DNA from: an uncultured virus (IMG/VR IMGVR_UViG_3300048502_000073)
Lineage: Duplodnaviria; Heunggongvirae; Uroviricota; Caudoviricetes
DNA: 64,000 nt
IMG/VR virus record: IMGVR_UViG_3300048502_000073
Reading direction: 5' to 3' (one strand)
In this document: positions 46,661 through 55,781 of the stretch, piece by piece
Layout: each line of letters opens with the position of its first letter
Position numbering within the stretch: the stretch's first letter is position 1
Notes under the pieces: model-generated
Told to the model about the DNA's origin: nothing
The model's input: the letters and a program-made list of their open reading frames with translations, nothing else
Database searches by the model: none
Translations under genes and position numbers: made by a program

Positions 46661-46929
46661 TTGCTACCAATGCAGACTTGCTTCCGCTCGGCCGCCCGGG
46701 CGACGTGTATCTCATGCATCTCGAGCCGCGTCGCCTTCCCGTAGTGGGCGATGTCGAGCTGGTCGATGTAGGTCTCCCATTTCTCGTCCCCGTATGGCCT
46801 GATATCAGACCAGAACCGGCCACACGGGGTATTGTCAGTCTTTGGCCGCACACACCGGCCCAGGACGAAGTCATGACCGGCTATCCTGACAGGCGGGATA
46901 TCCTTCGCGGTTGGACCCCGAGCCGGCAC
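46645..46929 (-). CDS. Hypothetical protein
   Basis: Coupled ORF with His/Cys motif. Confidence 0.5.
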   Translation of the reverse strand: MPARGPTAKDIPPVRIAGHDFVLGRCVRPKTDNTPCGRFWSDIRPYGDEKWETYIDQLDIAHYGKATRLEMHEIHVARAAERKQVCIGSNWRYE

Positions 46930-46935
46930 AGCGCG

Positions 46936-47616
46936 TCAGTGAACGGCGGGCAGCGTCGTTACGGGCGCCACAACCACGGGCACCGCAGCCGCATTCGCCG
47001 GCGGCGTGGTCGGGATCGCCTGGAACAGAGCACACGCGGCAGCAACCGCGGTCGACGCAGCACCCGTCACCGCGACCGGCGCGCCCGCCAGGTTGGCCAG
47101 CACAAACACAGCCGGCAGCGCCGACCCGGCCGGCGACTGGCAGAACAGCGCACCTTGCGCGACGAACTTGTCCGCGGTCGTGTTGGTCTGCGCCGCCAAC
47201 GCGCCCAACGTCAGCACCGCCTGCGCACCAGCCGTCACCTGCGCCGGGGTCGGCGTCGAGCTGCACCCCGATAGCGTCCCGCCGACCGCAGCGGCAAGAA
47301 GGACAGCCAGCGTCGTGAACTTGTGCGGGAAGCCACCCGACAGCGGCCCGCCCCGGTCCTTCGGCTGGAGGCTCCGCGGATAAGCTAGGACCGGCTCATC
47401 CAGGCTCGGATGGTGCTCCGTCACCTTGACCTTGATGCGGAACTCAGCCGGCAAGGCCGCGCCATCCGGCAGGTCCTCGTGGTCGAGATTCACCAGGAAG
47501 TCGGCCCTCGATTGCCGATCCCGCAGCATACGCGAAACCACGTCCATCGCGCCCTCCGGCGTCCGGCGTCCGCCACGCGTCAAGCCCATCAGCCAACTGA
47601 CAATGCCCATTTTCAA
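46936..47616 (-). CDS. Putative lipoprotein (internal lipobox)
   Basis: KFTTLAVLLAAAVGGTLSG-C lipobox about 100 aa into the ORF; GGAGG RBS upstream of the start. Confidence 0.55.
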   Translation of the reverse strand: MKMGIVSWLMGLTRGGRRTPEGAMDVVSRMLRDRQSRADFLVNLDHEDLPDGAALPAEFRIKVKVTEHHPSLDEPVLAYPRSLQPKDRGGPLSGGFPHKFTTLAVLLAAAVGGTLSGCSSTPTPAQVTAGAQAVLTLGALAAQTNTTADKFVAQGALFCQSPAGSALPAVFVLANLAGAPVAVTGAASTAVAAACALFQAIPTTPPANAAAVPVVVAPVTTLPAVH

Positions 47617-47645
47617 GCCTCCAAAAGAACGCCCACCACATCGGT

Positions 47646-47921
<276 letters not shown>

Positions 47922-47935
<14 letters not shown>

Positions 47936-48209
47936 ATGCGGCAAATGTCGCCTCCGCTTTCTCACTCAGAAGCAAATACTCAATCGCATTCGTCAAAACG
48001 ACCTCAGTCGTTCGATTGAGCCTGCTCCCCTTGCCAACACCATTATCCGCGACAGACGAAAGAGACAGAGCCCCACCATCCCACTTCCACAAACGATAAC
48101 CGTCTACCAAATGAGCATCCATACCGTCCGCCGATACCAACGTCCCGATATGAACGCCAGCCGAATACGTCCGAACGATCACTCGCTTACCAATCAGTGG
48201 ATTATTCAT
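47922..48209 (-). CDS. DUF6948-like phage protein
   Basis: IGKRVIVRTYSAGVHIGTL...RLWKW...LSLSSVADNG...AIE; typically precedes GDGYG-repeat genes. Confidence 0.75.
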
Positions 48210-48376
48210 TTTCAAACCTCCGACCAAATGCACAAAAGCACGACGCAGAAAAGAAACAGCCAGCCCATCAAAACAGACCAACTAACGAAGCGATCAGTGC
48301 CATTAGTATGACCGCCCCACTAGCAATCAGTATCGAGGCAACGATGATTACAAACACGCCTCGATCGACGTTGGCC

Positions 48377-48712
48377 TTACAGACATATTTTCCGCTCCGA
48401 CATCGCGATTGCATCATCCCACGCTGCCATGAGGTCGCCATGCGTCGTCTCGTCCGCATCGTTCATGTGGATGATCCCGTGAAACCCCCGCATCCGCGCC
48501 GCCGCGTCGAGGTGGTGCCGCGCCATCGCCATGTCGGCTTTATACAGATCAGCCTCGACGAGCGCCGTCACCAAAGCCCCCATCGAGCAATGGCGCACCG
48601 ACGAAGCCCCGGCATGCATCGATCCCTTGACCCACAGGGGAGCCGGTATCAACGACCTGGCGTGCCGCAGCAACGCCGTCACCTCGGTCGAAACCCAGCC
48701 GTCTAACGGCAT
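48377..48712 (-). CDS. Phage hypothetical protein (DUF6197-like)
   Basis: ARSLI...WVKG...HCSMGAL...MND...TTHGDLMAAWDDAI. Confidence 0.55.
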   Translation of the reverse strand: MPLDGWVSTEVTALLRHARSLIPAPLWVKGSMHAGASSVRHCSMGALVTALVEADLYKADMAMARHHLDAAARMRGFHGIIHMNDADETTHGDLMAAWDDAIAMSERKICL

Positions 48713-49455
48713 GACTGCTTCTCCCGATCCCGCCTCACCTCGCGCAGCGGCCAAGCCTCCGTCACCGTGTGCCGGCCGTCCAGAGCGTAATTGATCTCCG
48801 TCTCCCGGTCGTTCAGCACAGGACGATCCACCCCGCCCGACACCAGATAACCCTTCCGCAAGCCCTTCAGTTCGTCGCTCATTCTACCCTCCCACCTTCG
48901 CCTCGCGCGCCATCGCGCGGAGCTCATCAAATATCTCGACGTGCATATCAATCGACTCGCAGCGGCCAACCACGTGCCACCGCTCAACCCGGCACACAGG
49001 GCACACCCAACGCTTCGGCGTCTTGTCCGGGCCGGTGACCTCCATCAGACAGATGCCCCGCCATCGTCCCGGGCAAAATACGGCGTGTTCTCTTCCAGCG
49101 CCCGCTTCTGCCATGCCTCCAGGCGCCATATCTCCCGGATCGCCTCGTGCACCAGCGGGTGCAACTGCGGGTCACAATACCGCTCCCGCAGCGCACGAAC
49201 CAACTCAGACACCATCGCTATTTCCGTCACGGCACAATCCTCCCGAACTTCCCGCCCGGCAGGCGATATACCATCCCACCATCCCACACCGCAGCCTCTA
49301 CCAAATTCGTGGCAATCACCTCTATCTTCGGAATGCCATAACCCTTCGGCTGCCCATACAAACAACCGTCCGGCTGCTCCCAAGCCTCCAAACGACCATT
49401 CGGGACATCCAAATGCGGCACACGCAGCCAACCAAAACGCCACGCATACGACCAA
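48703..49455 (-). CDS. Cluster of short hypothetical early genes
   Basis: Overlapping small ORFs (48703-, 48884-, 49045-); exact starts unresolved. Confidence 0.35.
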
Positions 49456-49775
49456 CTATTACCACTCTTCAGACGCTCGCCGTCGTCTATCAACTGTTGC
49501 GTGCTAGAGCGTTGGTCCAGCGCGGTCCCATCGCCTCGCAGATTCACCCATGGCCTGGCGCCCCGCTGCCGGCCCCCGCCCCGAACGGCTCGACCCGAAA
49601 AACTCGGCCTCCAAGGCCGTTTGCGCCATTGGATTTCAATGGCGCATTTCAATGGCGCACTGCCGCATTCGAGCTCGGGAGGACCCGGCAAAATGGGAAC
49701 AGAGCGTTAGTGGCACTCACAAGATTTGTTCGTAACGATATGCCGTTGATATCACTGATAGAATCGTCAGGAGGT

Positions 49776-49803
49776 CGACCGTATAATGGCTATTATGTTA
49801 AGT
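49776..49803 (+). other. dif-like XerC/XerD recombination site
   Basis: CGACCGTATAA-TGGCTA-TTATGTTAAGT versus E. coli dif GGTGCGCATAA-TGTATA-TTATGTTAAAT; XerD arm 10/11; lies between the likely real genes. Confidence 0.72.
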
Positions 49804-49954
49804 CGAGCGCTAGTGCCTTATTTGGTTCGCGTGGCGTTCTGGCTCCTGGCGCCAAGCGCTGCCGCCGAACATGCGTCGACCGGGCGCCGAGTGCGGGGTA
49901 GATCGGGGTAGATGGACGGCGATGCCGCCTGCCAGCCCTAAGGACGGATATACA

Positions 49955-50344
49955 ATGGATGTACGAGAACGTGGCGCAATCCGCGTAGGCACTGCTCTGT
50001 ATGGTCGGGGGGTGGCGTTAAACTGTAGTGGCCACTACACAATCGCGTCACGTGCGTTCCACTGGCTATGTCCTTGGACGGGCAGGACATTTCCAGGTTT
50101 CCAGCGCCACATACTGTCACTTCTCCCTCGACCGTATAAATGGAGCGCGGTGCAGCATTGGCGTCGGGATCGTCGCCGTATGCCTTCCTCGTCGGCTCGC
50201 GCGTTAGCTGCTGCGATTGAGGTTCGGGTTATTGAGGGTCAGGCGTTGATTCTGGAGCTGCGTGAGTATGCGGCCGCCGAGGATGCGCGCGTGAAGCCGT
50301 TGCAGGGTTTCTTCAGGGTTGAGAAAGAGCCCTTTCGCCGGTGA
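49955..50344 (+). CDS. Hypothetical protein (possible HTH)
   Basis: AVQHWRRDRRRMP...ALAAAI pattern; lone + strand ORF beside the dif-like site. Confidence 0.4.
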   Translation: MDVRERGAIRVGTALYGRGVALNCSGHYTIASRAFHWLCPWTGRTFPGFQRHILSLLPRPYKWSAVQHWRRDRRRMPSSSARALAAAIEVRVIEGQALILELREYAAAEDARVKPLQGFFRVEKEPFRR

Positions 50345-50382
50345 TGACGGATGCCATTTGGGGCGTCCCTGGGTGGCATCGG

Positions 50383-50583
50383 ATGACGACCTCTATGACG
50401 ACCATGACGACTATGACGACCTTTTCCGTACTTAGCTATTGTAACTAGGATTCGTGTTCATGTGTCTTTTTGAAAAAGGTTGTCATAGGTCGTCATAGGG
50501 GCAAAAAGTCGGCCTGTATGGCCGATCACAGGCATGACGACGGGTCGTCATAAGGTCGTCATTTTTTGGCAAAAGGTCGTCAT
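50383..50583. repeat. Iteron cluster / probable replication origin
   Basis: ATGACGAC at 50383, 50395, 50404, 50413, 50534; inverted GTCGTCAT at 50489, 50544, 50555, 50576; AT-rich spacer 50421-50478; directly downstream of the VirE gene. Confidence 0.75.
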
Positions 50584-50594
50584 TGGGAGGGGTT

Positions 50595-51968
50595 TTAGGT
50601 TGGTTTTGCATACCATCTGCGCTGTGTGTTGCGCATAAGTTTCCAGCCTAAGTGTTTGAGAATGTTAGAAACACGCATCTGCAACGATCGTGTTTGTTGT
50701 GGTATGGGGATACTCAAATGGTCAAAAATGTCGCCGACGGTGACGACCTGCAGGGCATTTTGGGCTAAAAACATGACGACCTTTGGTTGCCAGGCGTCTT
50801 GATCGAAGCGTGCTGCCTGTTCGGGTGCGATGATGGTTCGTTCGAGCTCGGGATGGGGCCACCACGGCTCATCGCGCATGAAGAGGTGCATGGCTTCGGC
50901 GAAGAGTTGATCGCGGTCGGCGGTTAGTGCGGGGAGGTCGATGGTGCCGCATTTGACGGGCCAGAAGCGTCTCGCGCCTGTTGCGTCGCGGAGGTAGTGT
51001 TCATCGTTGGTGCTGCCGATGAATAGGCACTGGCGTGGTTCGTGGACCTCGTATCGTCCGTATTTCGGGGTGTAGATTTCCTCGCATTGGCTGATGAATT
51101 TCTTGATATCCTCGACTTCCGCGGCGCCGAATGACGACATTTCGCCGATTTCGACGAGCCATTTCCCGCGGAGGTGCATTGACACGCGGACTGGGTCGCC
51201 GCGCTTGATGTCGGGCAGATTGTCGCTGAACCACAGTCCGCCCGCGAGCGCGCGGCATGCGCTCGACTTTCTGGCGCCTTGCGGTCCCTCGAGCACGATC
51301 ATATGGTCGGCTTTGCAGCCTGGCCGCATGATGCGGGCGACCATGGCGATGAGGAAGCGCTTGCCGATCTCGGCATAGTAGAGGACCTTCTTGGCGAGGT
51401 CGTCATTGTCTGGCACATCGGCGCCGAGGTAGTTCACCAGCCATGTGTCGATCCGGTCGTTATGGTCCCACCTCAATTTCTCGAGGTAGTCACGCACCGG
51501 ATGAAATTTATGCTCCACGGCTTGCATCATCATGGCGTCTGCAACAGTGCCACTGACGACTCGCCGGAAGCCAATATCCTGGAGGATATGCTGCACGACC
51601 GTTACGTCATTGTCGGCGAGCGGCCTCGGCAGGTCGCCGCGCGATCCGTCTGGTTCCCTGACGAGAAATGGAAGGCGCATCATCTCGTCATATTTGACGA
51701 TCGGGAACATCCAGTGATTATCGAGCGCGAGTTTGGCATTGTAGAGATTGGGGATCGGGGTCGCGCTATTTGAAAGCTGTATCTTCTTGCGCCATTCTGC
51801 CCGCGCGTTGCCGGTGTCGCCGGGAAACGGTGAAGGTGATGCCTTAGCCGGGCGTCGCGGCTTCGGTGCCGGTTTCGGCGGCGGATTGGGCGATGATGCC
51901 GCGCGCGGCGGCGGCGCTACATACGGTTCGTTGTCGTCATCGTCGTCCAGCGGGTTGAGTGGGGTCAT
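50595..51968 (-). CDS. VirE/VapE-family replicative helicase (no primase domain recognised)
   Basis: FHPVRDYL, PGCKAD, LEGPQGARKSS, EIGEM, PRQCLFIGSTN and DATGARRFWPV motifs. Confidence 0.92.
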   Translation of the reverse strand: MTPLNPLDDDDDNEPYVAPPPRAASSPNPPPKPAPKPRRPAKASPSPFPGDTGNARAEWRKKIQLSNSATPIPNLYNAKLALDNHWMFPIVKYDEMMRLPFLVREPDGSRGDLPRPLADNDVTVVQHILQDIGFRRVVSGTVADAMMMQAVEHKFHPVRDYLEKLRWDHNDRIDTWLVNYLGADVPDNDDLAKKVLYYAEIGKRFLIAMVARIMRPGCKADHMIVLEGPQGARKSSACRALAGGLWFSDNLPDIKRGDPVRVSMHLRGKWLVEIGEMSSFGAAEVEDIKKFISQCEEIYTPKYGRYEVHEPRQCLFIGSTNDEHYLRDATGARRFWPVKCGTIDLPALTADRDQLFAEAMHLFMRDEPWWPHPELERTIIAPEQAARFDQDAWQPKVVMFLAQNALQVVTVGDIFDHLSIPIPQQTRSLQMRVSNILKHLGWKLMRNTQRRWYAKPT

Positions 51969-52261
51969 TCATACCCCAGCAGCCAATGCAACGCTTCGTC
52001 GACAATCTCTGCGGCGGCCTCGGGCCGCGTATCAATGTCGTCGATTACATCGAGAAACCGTGTCGCGATCCAGTCGTCGATTTCGGCCAAGCCATTGTCG
52101 CCAAGCCTGTTGGCGCCCAAGGCGCGGGCTCGACACGCCACGAAGTCAACCGCCTCGTCAAAGGTGCAACGATTGCGCGCCACACTTAGAGCCTGAAGTC
52201 GCACTTCTCGCAAAAGTTTCGGCATCGATATCCGTCGAAAAGTGCGCGCGAAATCAGACAT
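51965..52261 (-). CDS. Small helical replication-module protein
   Basis: Coupled to the VirE gene. Confidence 0.55.
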   Translation of the reverse strand: MSDFARTFRRISMPKLLREVRLQALSVARNRCTFDEAVDFVACRARALGANRLGDNGLAEIDDWIATRFLDVIDDIDTRPEAAAEIVDEALHWLLGYE

Positions 52262-52547
52262 GGCCAGCGGCCTGCAAAGCCTTGATCACGGCCACAGACC
52301 ACGTGTCCGAACGCTCCCTGTCGATAAACGAGACGATGCGATCGTATTGCACCTTGCCGGCAGCGTCCTTGACGACAGTGCCGCCTGCGGCGATCCGGGC
52401 GCGCGACGGTGGCGCACACCATGGCGCGCCGTCCCGCTCGAACACAGGGCACTCGTGCAGCGTCATCCCGGATGGCATCTCGACGGTGACGAAGCCGACC
52501 AGAGCGCCGCTACGTCGGGCTAACGCTGCCCATTTCAAGATTCGCAC
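52254..52547 (-). CDS. SpoVG-like nucleic-acid-binding protein
   Basis: GALVGFVTVE...TLHEC...WCAPPSR...GKVQYDRIVSF. Confidence 0.6.
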   Translation of the reverse strand: MRILKWAALARRSGALVGFVTVEMPSGMTLHECPVFERDGAPWCAPPSRARIAAGGTVVKDAAGKVQYDRIVSFIDRERSDTWSVAVIKALQAAGHV

Positions 52548-52738
52548 TGGCCGGTCTTTTGAGCTGCGGCGGGGGGATCGGCCTCGTATCCCTTCAATCC
52601 CGCCTCCAACAGCAGGATCAAGGCGTCGTTTTCGTATTTCAGGCGTCGGTTGAAACGGAAGTCGTCAATCCGCCGCAATAGGTCTACGGTCTTGAAGTTG
52701 ATGGTGCGGTTCAGGCGCGTTGTTCGGTGTTCTGGCAT
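52535..52738 (-). CDS. RHH/Arc-like regulator, probably leaderless
   Basis: INFKTVDLLRRIDDFRF...DALILLLEAGL; TTGCAA-16-TAACAT ends 6 nt before the ATG. Confidence 0.75.
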   Translation of the reverse strand: MPEHRTTRLNRTINFKTVDLLRRIDDFRFNRRLKYENDALILLLEAGLKGYEADPPAAAQKTGQCES

Positions 52739-53027
52739 ACGGGAATGTTATCACCGTCAGTGGCCGTTGCAACATGTTTTCGGTTTCAGGGTCGTTTGGT
52801 TCCGATCGTCGCTCATTTCGCATACTCCGGGACGAGGGATAGCGCGACGCGCTTGCCAGCGTCGGTGAGCACATCGACGATCCGGATGTCTAGCGTGTCG
52901 GAGAGGGTGCGCCACGCTAGCGATCTCGCTTTGCCCGCCGTAGCCGCATAGAAGACATCCGGGCCGTCGTAGCTCCTGACCCATACGCGCCAGGCTTTTG
53001 CGCAGCCGGGTTGCCGGCGTCGTCGTA

Positions 53028-53246
53028 TCAGGCTTGGGCACTGTTGTTTTCCTTTCGTGCTGGAGGCGGGTTGCGCTCGCGAAATCGGGCCAGTCTTTCA
53101 ATCCAAGCGGCGTCGGCATCCGGGATTTTCACCTTGCCAGCGAGGTATTGCCTGATCGCGGCTTCCTGCCTGGATAACTGCCGTCCCGCCTCGCGCTGGG
53201 TCCATCCCAGGATAGCGATGCACTCAGCGATCCGAGCCGGCGTCAC
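53028..53246 (-). CDS. XRE-type HTH regulator (paralogue B)
   Basis: TPARIAECIAILGWTQREAGRQL...IRQYLAGKVKIP. Confidence 0.8.
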   Translation of the reverse strand: MTPARIAECIAILGWTQREAGRQLSRQEAAIRQYLAGKVKIPDADAAWIERLARFRERNPPPARKENNSAQA

Positions 53247-53646
53247 GAAGAACATCCTTTCTCGCTCTTTGCAGCGGCTCTTTCTCATTTTCGTAGCAAA
53301 GCACCGTGCGGCCATCCCTTTCAGCGTATGCCTTAGCCTTCGCTAGATCGGCCTCGGTGCCCTTGTTGAGCCACATGCAGGCCATCGGCTTCGGCACTGC
53401 TTTGAACTTGTGGGGACGCCCTATGTCGGGCTGCCCCTCTTGAACCATCACGCAATCCTCATCCAACCAAGCGAGAACGATTTGCATTTCTTAGCCCTCC
53501 TGCGCCCACTGGTCTGCCTTCATCGAATACCATTCGTTAGCTTCCAGGTCGGTCATGTCGCCGCTCTCAACCATGTTGCAGAGGTCTGACATCAGTTCGC
53601 GAAGCATTTGTTCGCGGCGGGCTTCGAAGCGGGATGGATGGATCAT
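53224..53646 (-). CDS. Two small cargo genes (53224-53487; 53491-53646)
   Basis: GGAG/GGAGG RBSs; between promoter and HTH B. Confidence 0.55.
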
Positions 53647-53684
53647 CTGAAGTCTCCGTGGTGTGTCTGTTTCCGATAACCAGG

Positions 53685-53725
53685 ACAATACGCATATTGC
53701 GTATCTTCGTCCACCGCAAAATGCG
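53685..53725 (-). promoter_or_regulatory. Promoter with two CGCA-N3-TGCG operators (cassette B)
   Basis: TGGACG-17-TATTGT; operators at 53691-53701 and 53715-53725. Confidence 0.7.
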
Positions 53726-53751
53726 TATCAGCGCAAATTATTTTGGTGATT

Positions 53752-53943
53752 TCACTCATCGATCGGCATTCCTTCATATGGCGGCAGCGGGTTGTAGTAA
53801 GGAAACTCGCCGGCGTTGGAATCGTAGCCACATGACCGGCAGAACTCGCGGATAGCGAGGTTCATCGTCTTGCAGTGTAGACAGTCCCAGTTTGGTGTCG
53901 ATGTCCATAGGGCTTCTTTGGTCGTCTTAATTTCATCATTCAC
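53752..53943 (-). CDS. RanBP2-type zinc-finger protein
   Basis: WDCLHCKTMNLAIREFCRSC matches W-x-C-x2-C-x3-N-x6-C-x2-C. Confidence 0.65.
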   Translation of the reverse strand: MNDEIKTTKEALWTSTPNWDCLHCKTMNLAIREFCRSCGYDSNAGEFPYYNPLPPYEGMPIDE

Positions 53944-54145
53944 TTTCTGCACTCCGCTTTGGTAGTGGGTTGCGTTCATGGTATCGAGCCAGCTTGTCGA
54001 GCGCTGCTGCAATCTCATCAGGTATCTGAACTACACCTCTCGCCCATTGCCGCACGGTGCCTTCCTGGCGCCCAAGCATCCTGGCTAGACCCCGTTGGGT
54101 CCAGCCGATTGCCTCCAAGCATTCCCGCAAGCGGGTGGGGGTCAT
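53936..54145 (-). CDS. XRE-type HTH regulator (paralogue A)
   Basis: MTPTRLRECLEAIGWTQRGLARML...VRQWARGVVQIP. Confidence 0.85.
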   Translation of the reverse strand: MTPTRLRECLEAIGWTQRGLARMLGRQEGTVRQWARGVVQIPDEIAAALDKLARYHERNPLPKRSAESE

Positions 54146-54480
54146 GCCCCCATTCCCCTCGCGTAATCAATAGCCTTGCTCATGATCTGGCGCGTAACAT
54201 AAACCTGGGCCGCCGGGGCTGTGTGGCCAACCGCTTTTAGCGCTGCACGGAACTTGCGGTCGTCGTCGCCGCAAAGCCGAACCAAAAATTCCCACTGCTT
54301 TATTGTTGCCTGCATGGCCTCGGGGATGACCGGCGCAACCGGCTCAAAGCGAACACCAGCCGCCTTGCTCGTCAGTTTGCCCGAACCACTGCACTGGAAG
54401 CACACGCCGTTCGCGATGCCGGAAAAAGCTGCGATCTTGCCGGAGCCGGAGCATTTGAAGCATTCGAAGGTTGCGGTCAT
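54142..54480 (-). CDS. Protein with DnaJ-type CxxCxGxG zinc motif
   Basis: CFKCSGSG...CFQCSGSG; GAGG RBS. Confidence 0.75.
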   Translation of the reverse strand: MTATFECFKCSGSGKIAAFSGIANGVCFQCSGSGKLTSKAAGVRFEPVAPVIPEAMQATIKQWEFLVRLCGDDDRKFRAALKAVGHTAPAAQVYVTRQIMSKAIDYARGMGA

Positions 54481-54524
54481 CGGGATAATCCTCGTTTCCG
54501 GGCATCATCGCCTCGGTGAAGATA

Positions 54525-54575
54525 GATATACGCATATTGCGGATAACGGTCAACAGGAAATATGCGCAATCTGCG
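54525..54575 (-). promoter_or_regulatory. Promoter with two CGCA-N3-TGCG operators (cassette A)
   Basis: TTGACC-17-TATATC; operators at 54531-54541 and 54565-54575. Confidence 0.75.
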
Positions 54576-54577
54576 GA

Positions 54578-54986
54578 TTATTTTTGATCGAGGGCTGGAG
54601 GGGCAGAGCAACGATCGCAATCCTCAAAATACCATCCGTGATATTGCCGATCGCCATACGTGCGCCATTGCTCCGCTGCGCCGACGCCATGACAGATCGA
54701 GCAGCCGGGATCAGGGTGCCAATCGAATTTGAGCCAGCCGTTTGGCGTCCATACTGTGCGCGTGCGCGCGGTCGTATTAGACATCGGGGATAATCCTTTC
54801 ATGCCGCCACGTTGCCCACGCTGCTTTGCGCGGAGATAGATCGCTCATCCCCTTGGTCTGCCACAGACCGCCGGTCCACAGAGCTTCGAATTCCTCTCGG
54901 GTAGAGCCATCCCCGACCTCGGCAGACAGCCAGTGCATCGTAAAGTCGTCAGTTCCGGTTGGTGGAAGGCACAGTTCGTCACTCAT
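54578..54986 (-). CDS. Two small hypothetical proteins (54578-54802; 54777-54986)
   Basis: Coupled ORFs; CxxC pairs in the first. Confidence 0.5.
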
Positions 54987-55662
54987 TGGGTTTCTCCTTC
55001 TTCGCGACGCGCCGCTTCCGGCGCTTGGGTTGCTTTCTGACCACTGGCGTCTTCGCTTTTCGAAGTTCCTTGGCTGCTTTCTCGACAGCATCGGTCTTGT
55101 GGCCCAGGTCAAGAAATAGGGTTCTGATGCCGACTTTTACGCCCGTCTGTGCCTGAATTTCAGCAGCAATCTGACGCGCGCTCAGGTCTTGGCGGCCCCA
55201 CAACTCCCGTGCCAGCCTCATCACATCGCCGGAAAGCAGCTTCGGCCGCCCTAAGATTGGCCCACTGTTGTTCCGGACCCGCGCATTCTCACGTGTCAGT
55301 ATCTTGGCGCCATTGGCGATCAGACCGGCGATCTCGGCAGTCTGCGGCGTGAAGTCAAATATCCGCCCATCAGCCATCATCAGCGACGCCGCGCGTTCTC
55401 CTATCGCCGCGTGCGCTTCCCACAGGCCGCCCTCCGTCAGCCCCAACGAGGCTTCATCGAACACCACCAGGGTATCGCCAGAGCGAAGCGACTGGACCGC
55501 CGCTATAAGCTGAGGTTGCGGCGGCTGGCCGCGCCTCGGCACCATGTCCACATAGATCGGCGGATGAGTTCCATCGACCCGAACGCCGGCTTTAATCAGC
55601 GCCGCCCGTTGCTCATCTACCGATGGCCCCTTCTTCCGCTCTCTGATGTAGCCTCTTAGCAT
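54979..55662 (-). CDS. Resolvase-family protein lacking the catalytic serine
   Basis: GYIRER in place of GYxRVS; QRAAL, LRSGDTLVV, LGRP and C-terminal HTH retained. Confidence 0.75.
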   Translation of the reverse strand: MLRGYIRERKKGPSVDEQRAALIKAGVRVDGTHPPIYVDMVPRRGQPPQPQLIAAVQSLRSGDTLVVFDEASLGLTEGGLWEAHAAIGERAASLMMADGRIFDFTPQTAEIAGLIANGAKILTRENARVRNNSGPILGRPKLLSGDVMRLARELWGRQDLSARQIAAEIQAQTGVKVGIRTLFLDLGHKTDAVEKAAKELRKAKTPVVRKQPKRRKRRVAKKEKPNE

Positions 55663-55672
55663 TCGGCGCCCA

Positions 55673-55736
55673 TGCATAAATTATTTATGCACTTTATACA
55701 TATCCACTTGCACGGAGTCAAGGGTCATGTCATAAG
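55673..55736. promoter_or_regulatory. Divergent overlapping promoters and a perfect palindrome
   Basis: - strand TTGACT(55721)-17-TATAAA(55698); + strand TTGCAC(55708)-17-CATAAG(55731); TGCATAAAT-T-ATTTATGCA at 55673-55691. Confidence 0.75.
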
Positions 55737-55781
55737 GGGTGCAGGAAATCGAAACACCCCAAGACGGACGGAGAAAGTGGC

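Noticed and set aside
50383..50583. Short repeats as a CRISPR array
   Set aside because: 8-bp units in both orientations with no spacer-length intervals and no cas genes; they fit iterons
54979..55662. Serine integrase
   Set aside because: Too short, no recombinase or zinc-ribbon domain, catalytic Ser missing
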